Assembly: GCA_965206985.1 (NCBI GenBank)
Contig: CBDBLF010000011.1
Span: forward strand, 271,730-335,729
Length of the DNA stretch: 64,000 bases
Direction of reading: 5' to 3'
DNA from: Spirochaetota bacterium
GTDB taxonomy: Bacteria > Spirochaetota > Leptospiria > Turneriellales > CBDBES01
Below the pieces are notes generated by a model that saw only the letters and a list, made by a program, of their open reading frames with translations, was not told the origin of the DNA and searched no databases. The position numbers and the translations under genes were made by a program. Below, in pieces: positions 59,436 to 64,000 of this stretch. How positions within the stretch are numbered: position 1 is the first letter of the stretch; every line of letters starts with the position of its first letter.

Positions 59436-59930
59436 GTGAATCCCCTGCTTGATGAAAAAATTATTTTGATTTCCTCGACCGTTGTGACTGAAACCTTTGG
59501 AGAAGATTTTAAGATCAGCTGTATGCGTGAAGCTTATGGACCAACTCTTAATGAAGGTCTTTGTTTTGAGGGTTGTTTTGAACTTAATTTTTCTGGAACC
59601 GCCAAAGGGTCATTTTATTTAGGAATAGACGGATATACTAGAATTCTTTTATTACCCTATCTTGGAAAAAAAATCCGATCAAAAGAGCACTTGAATGAAA
59701 TGCTCTTTATGAGTTTGTTTAAGAGAATCACTGAAATGCTGACTTTTGAGATGAGAGAGTTTGTCGATGAGTTTAGCGTGGATTCTATCGAAACAGTAAA
59801 TCACAAACTAATTTCTGTCAAAAGCACAGAATATAGAAAATATACGATCATCTTTTTCTTGAAAGATGAATCCCTCAAAAAGTATTTAGGCAGAGTCTAT
59901 ATTCTTGTGGCCATCAAAAAAGAGATATAA
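59436..59930 (+). CDS. CheX-like domain protein
   Basis: NPLLDE, LNFSGTAKGSFYLGID pattern. Confidence 0.5.
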   Translation: MNPLLDEKIILISSTVVTETFGEDFKISCMREAYGPTLNEGLCFEGCFELNFSGTAKGSFYLGIDGYTRILLLPYLGKKIRSKEHLNEMLFMSLFKRITEMLTFEMREFVDEFSVDSIETVNHKLISVKSTEYRKYTIIFFLKDESLKKYLGRVYILVAIKKEI

Positions 59931-59931
59931 G

Positions 59932-60390
59932 ATGGCAAAGAGAGCAAAAAAATATAGATTTATTAAATTCATTAAATTCATTAAAATCATTAAATTTGTT
60001 GGATTGATTCGACTTATTAAATTTATTAAATTCGTTGGATTTATTCGATTCATTAGAATCATTAGACTCATTCAATTTATTAGATCCATTCAATTCGTTG
60101 AATTTGTTAGACCCATTATTATTGCCATTATTTCCTTGATATTTTTTTACTCCTGCACCGAAAACACAGAGCTCGCAAAATGTGAACTTGGAAAAGGTAA
60201 ATTTATTGATGGACAACATTTTATATTGAGTGATATTATGAATGATGATAAGAAGATTGATTATCATAAATGGTACCGCCAGCTTAAAGATAGAATAAAC
60301 TTTCAACCATACTGCATTCCCATTGAAAAGAAAAGATCATTTGCAGAAAGATTGGATGATCTAACTGAAGTTGCTGACTTGAGTCGTTAA
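59932..60390 (+). CDS. Putative lipoprotein with N-terminal tripeptide repeat
   Basis: (F/I/L)-(I/V)-(K/R/G/Q/E) x17, then IIIAIISLIFFYSC. Confidence 0.55.
   Translation: MAKRAKKYRFIKFIKFIKIIKFVGLIRLIKFIKFVGFIRFIRIIRLIQFIRSIQFVEFVRPIIIAIISLIFFYSCTENTELAKCELGKGKFIDGQHFILSDIMNDDKKIDYHKWYRQLKDRINFQPYCIPIEKKRSFAERLDDLTEVADLSR
59959..60111 (+). repeat. 9-bp degenerate tandem repeat x17 (consensus TTYATTARA)
   Basis: 153 bp = 17 x 9, read directly from the sequence. Confidence 0.9.
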
Positions 60391-60403
60391 GTATAGAGTC
60401 ACA

Positions 60404-61216
60404 ATGTTAGGTTTTTTTTCTTACGCCTTACTATTGATGTATGCAGTTGTAAGTTCATTATATTTAGCTCTTTTTGTCCAAAAAACCGTTTTACTCAATA
60501 AAGTAACGGGAGTGAGCCTGCTTGCACTCGTAATTACCCATACCTTCGTTTTTATTTTACATTTCATTCATCGGGGATACATACCCGTATCTAATATATT
60601 TGAAGCGATTTCCTCAATTGCTCTGGCTGTTCTTGTGATTTATTTTTTGATCGAAAAATTGAGTCAGATAAAAACAACGGGCTTCATTTTTATTGCGGTT
60701 TCTTTTGCCTTACAACTTATCTATCAAATATTCAGCGACGAGAGTTTAAACAAACAGACTTTTTTTAAAAATCCCCTTTTTATGTGGCACACGGGCTTTG
60801 CTATCACCTCTTATGCCGCCTTTGTCATAGGAGCAGTGTATGGAATACTATACCTTTTTCTATTCAACAACATTAAAGCCAAAAAATTTGGTAGATTCTT
60901 CAAGAGAATGCCTTCACTTGAGGAACTTGATGAAATGGATATAAAAAGTAACACGATTGGTTTACTTCTTCTTATATTCGCTATTTCTTTTGGCTACCTG
61001 TGGAAGCAAAACTTATATGGTCAGTCTTTTCACCTTGATCCCAAGATACTCATTTCACTTCTATGCTGTTTGTTATACCTTTTTCAGGTCATTGCCTCGT
61101 TCAAATTCCGATGGTCTGGTAGAAAAAGAAGTTATCTCTCCATTTGCGGTCTTTTCCTTATACTGTTCTCAATGATTGTTGGTAACACCACAACAAATTT
61201 TCACAGATTTTTTTAA
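60404..61216 (+). CDS. CcsA/HemX-like cytochrome c assembly membrane protein
   Basis: About 8 TMs, PSLEELD, DPK, WSGRK; upstream of hemA. Confidence 0.85.
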   Translation: MLGFFSYALLLMYAVVSSLYLALFVQKTVLLNKVTGVSLLALVITHTFVFILHFIHRGYIPVSNIFEAISSIALAVLVIYFLIEKLSQIKTTGFIFIAVSFALQLIYQIFSDESLNKQTFFKNPLFMWHTGFAITSYAAFVIGAVYGILYLFLFNNIKAKKFGRFFKRMPSLEELDEMDIKSNTIGLLLLIFAISFGYLWKQNLYGQSFHLDPKILISLLCCLLYLFQVIASFKFRWSGRKRSYLSICGLFLILFSMIVGNTTTNFHRFF

Positions 61217-61219
61217 CCA

Positions 61220-62539
61220 ATGGAAAATAAAATCCTGCACCTATGGGGGTTGAATCACCATAGTACTCCTATTGACATCAGAGAAACGATCACTTTCAAC
61301 AAAAAAGAAGTGGTTTCCTCAATGAAGAAGCTGTTAAGAAAAAATATTTTTCAGGAGGCTATTCTCTTGAGCACCTGTAATCGTACAGAAGTTTACGTGA
61401 TTACGGGTCAAGAGAAAGATGTAAAAAATGTAATTGAAGACTTCATACGAACTCTAAAACCACAATGTCCCAAAAGTATTTCTGATTTTGCGTACTACCT
61501 TCAGAAAGGAAATGCGATTCGGCACCTTTTCCGGGTTGCTTCAGGTTTGGACTCCATGATCTTAGGTGAGTCTCAAATATTAGCTCAGGTCAAAGATGCC
61601 TATTACTTTGCCAAAGAAGCAAAATGCACAGGTATTTATCTCAATCGCCTCCTAAACGATACAATGCAAGTCGCAAAAAAAGTTAGAACCCAAACAACAA
61701 TTGGAGAAGGCTCTATGAGTGTGGCTTTTGCGGCAGTTGAGCTGGCACAAAAAATATTTAAAGATCTCAAAGAAAAAAAGGGACTTTTAATTGGTGCAGG
61801 CCAAATAGGCAAACTTACTGCCAAAAACTTGAGAGAACGCTCTATGGGTGAAATTTACCTAATCAACAGAACTTTTTCGAAAGCAATGCGCATTGCCGAT
61901 CAATTAAATGCAACTCCTCTATCGTGGGATCAGCTACCAAAAATATTACAGTCGGTTGACTTTATCATTAGCTCCACAAATCATAACCAATATATTATTG
62001 ACCATAGCATGGTTATTGAGGCGAAACTTCATGAAAGAATTCAACCGATTCTCATGATTGACATTGCTGTTCCACGTGATATTGACCCCAGTCTCAAAGA
62101 CCTTGAGAAAATTTTTCTTCACGACATTGATGACTTGAATCATATTGTCGAAGAAGGAAGTAATCACCGCAAAAAAGCCATCCCAGAGGCAATGAAATTA
62201 ATTGAGTCGGCGATTCACGAATTTTTTGAATGGAGTCAATATTTAAAAATTCGACCAACAATGGTTGCCTTGAAAGAAAAATTTCATGAATATATGGAGA
62301 CTGAGCTAAAGCAATCCAGAAAAGAAATCAGCGAATTGCAGATGCAACATTTAGAACGCATAATGAAGCGCTTTACCAAAAAACTACTCCGTAATCCAGC
62401 AAAAAGGTTAAAAGAATATTCAAATGGGTACCTAGACGGAGATGTCCGAATTGATGTTCTAAAAGAAATATTTGATTTAAAACAAAGAGTACAGGATAAG
62501 CACAACATACAAAAGAAGCAACACAATGAAGAAACGTGA
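61220..62539 (+). CDS. hemA: Glutamyl-tRNA reductase
   Basis: LSTCNRTE, SGLDSMILGESQIL, GAG..G, DIAVPRDI. Confidence 0.97.
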   Translation: MENKILHLWGLNHHSTPIDIRETITFNKKEVVSSMKKLLRKNIFQEAILLSTCNRTEVYVITGQEKDVKNVIEDFIRTLKPQCPKSISDFAYYLQKGNAIRHLFRVASGLDSMILGESQILAQVKDAYYFAKEAKCTGIYLNRLLNDTMQVAKKVRTQTTIGEGSMSVAFAAVELAQKIFKDLKEKKGLLIGAGQIGKLTAKNLRERSMGEIYLINRTFSKAMRIADQLNATPLSWDQLPKILQSVDFIISSTNHNQYIIDHSMVIEAKLHERIQPILMIDIAVPRDIDPSLKDLEKIFLHDIDDLNHIVEEGSNHRKKAIPEAMKLIESAIHEFFEWSQYLKIRPTMVALKEKFHEYMETELKQSRKEISELQMQHLERIMKRFTKKLLRNPAKRLKEYSNGYLDGDVRIDVLKEIFDLKQRVQDKHNIQKKQHNEET

Positions 62540-63446
62540 GGTTGTACGTGTAGGAACACGTGATAGCAAGCTTGCCTTGTGGCAAACAAACCACATAATC
62601 AATGTGCTATCACAACATAGGAACCTTTCCTTTAAGGTTGTCACGATAAAGTCAATGGGCGATCAAGTATCAGAAATTCCATTCGAAAAGTTAGAAGGGA
62701 AAGGTTTTTTTACCAAAGAATTAGATCAAGCATTGCTTACAAATACAATTGATATTGCTGTGCATAGTCTAAAAGACATTCCTACAGAGTTACCGAACAA
62801 GTTGAAAATTAGTGCTGTCACAAAAAGACATGAGCCAAGAGATGTTTTGATCGCTCGACACAAGTTGAGCGAACTCCCACAAAAAGCCACCCTTGCTACG
62901 GGGAGCCTGCGTAGAAAATCACAACTCTTAGTATACCGTCCTGATTTTAATGTCGTCGGTTTACGGGGTAACTTGCAAACACGATATAAAAAATTTAAAG
63001 ACTCAAACTGGGACGGTATCGTTTTAGCAGGAGCTGGAATGGACCGTTTGGAAATGTCCAATAAAATCAGCGAGAGAATTCACCCAAACCTAATGGTACC
63101 AGCAGTAGGTCAAGGGAGTTTAGGAGTGGTGAGTCGAAAAAATGATCATGAGATGAAACTTCTTTTAAAGCATATCGAAGATAAAGAGGCTAGAATCGCT
63201 TCCTCGGCCGAAAGATCATTTCTTTCTTTCTTGGGGGGTGGTTGCACCACCCCTATCGCTTGTTATTGTAAAGTCAACAATGGAGATATTCACTTAGATG
63301 CTTTTGTGGGTGATTTCACAGGGAAAAAATATCTTCGTAAAAAAATTATGGCTCAATCCAACAAAAGCATTGCAACAGGAAAAAAACTAGCTGAACAAAT
63401 GATTCAATTAGGGGCCGATCAAATCTTGAATCGAACAGTATCATGA
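62526..63446 (+). CDS. hemC: Hydroxymethylbilane synthase
   Basis: GTRDSKLALWQ, AVHSLKD, RGNLQTR, GGCTTPI. Confidence 0.97.
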   Translation: MKKREVVRVGTRDSKLALWQTNHIINVLSQHRNLSFKVVTIKSMGDQVSEIPFEKLEGKGFFTKELDQALLTNTIDIAVHSLKDIPTELPNKLKISAVTKRHEPRDVLIARHKLSELPQKATLATGSLRRKSQLLVYRPDFNVVGLRGNLQTRYKKFKDSNWDGIVLAGAGMDRLEMSNKISERIHPNLMVPAVGQGSLGVVSRKNDHEMKLLLKHIEDKEARIASSAERSFLSFLGGGCTTPIACYCKVNNGDIHLDAFVGDFTGKKYLRKKIMAQSNKSIATGKKLAEQMIQLGADQILNRTVS

Positions 63447-64000
63447 AAGGTATTTTACTCGGCAATCTCGGTACCCCCCTTAAACCCACCAGAAAAGAAG
63501 TAGGGAAATACCTAAGAGAATTTCTAATGGACCCACTCGTTATTGATATTCCTTGGCTGTTGCGTTGGCTTTTAGTAAACTTTGTTATCACACCTTTTCG
63601 TTCTAAGCATTCAGCGAAAGCATATCAAATCATTTGGATGCAGGAGGGCTCACCCCTACTCCATTACAGTAAAAAACAAAAAGAAGAGCTTGTCAAAATA
63701 CTTGACTTTCCTATTGCTTTGGGGATGAATTATGGTGAGCCTAATGTGCAAAGTGCATTGAGAGAACTTATAGACCAAGAAGTTAATGAGGTTTTATGCT
63801 TGCTTCTTTACCCTCATTATGCACTCTCGAGTTATGAGACCTTGCAAAGAAAAATAACTAAAGTTGCTTCAGAATGTTCTCTAAAAAGCTTACAGTTTGT
63901 TGCTCCCTTTTATGATCACCCTTCTTATATCCGTTCTTTGAGTGAAGTTATTGAAAAAAATTTACCTGATTCTTATGACCACCTTTTATTTAGTTATCAC
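63443..64000 (+). CDS. hemH: Ferrochelatase (3' end outside window)
   Basis: MKGILLGNLGTP..YLREFLMDP, GSPLL, GMNYGEP, LYPHYA, LFSYH; absent from the ORF track (no stop). Confidence 0.93.
   Translation, partial: MKGILLGNLGTPLKPTRKEVGKYLREFLMDPLVIDIPWLLRWLLVNFVITPFRSKHSAKAYQIIWMQEGSPLLHYSKKQKEELVKILDFPIALGMNYGEPNVQSALRELIDQEVNEVLCLLLYPHYALSSYETLQRKITKVASECSLKSLQFVAPFYDHPSYIRSLSEVIEKNLPDSYDHLLFSYH

Noticed and set aside
59959..60111. CRISPR array
   Set aside because: Contiguous 9-bp units with no spacers and no cas genes
59914..60306. Minus-strand Asn-rich ORF
   Set aside because: Antisense shadow of the 9-bp repeat within a plus-strand gene run

Overview
AT-rich bacterial chromosome segment, probably from a spirochaete (Leptospiraceae-like; inferred from lipoprotein signals, a CheX-like gene and prophage style, not proven). 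About 3.8-35.9 kb is an apparently near-complete Mu-like transposable prophage. A central CI/S24-type repressor faces a leftward early operon (Ner/Cro-like, M15A peptidase, MuA-like DDE transposase, MuB-like ATPase, Gam, GemA). Rightward lie an accessory region, lysis-like membrane genes, a non-Mu head module (terminase, DUF1073-like portal, MuF, DUF2213, DUF2184-like capsid) and a contractile tail. Highlights: (i) a MuF head protein fused to an intact R-S-E ADP-ribosyltransferase, followed by an acidic candidate immunity gene; (ii) accessory envelope genes interleaved with repeated copies of the repressor 3' end and a 65-bp leader; (iii) two candidate late promoters sharing 19-bp-phased GACA boxes next to a small HTH gene; (iv) the only recognisable endolysin candidate lies in the early operon. 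Host part: FN3 and lamin-tail-repeat lipoproteins, a 6S-like hairpin RNA, an ABC transporter, rpsO-pnp-M16 peptidase, pseudopilins gspG-J, riboflavin synthase and ccsA-hemA-hemC-hemH. Mobile elements: three IS1-family copies (one inside the prophage) and an IS1182 element interrupted by an IS3 element. All family calls are by motif recognition, with no database searches.
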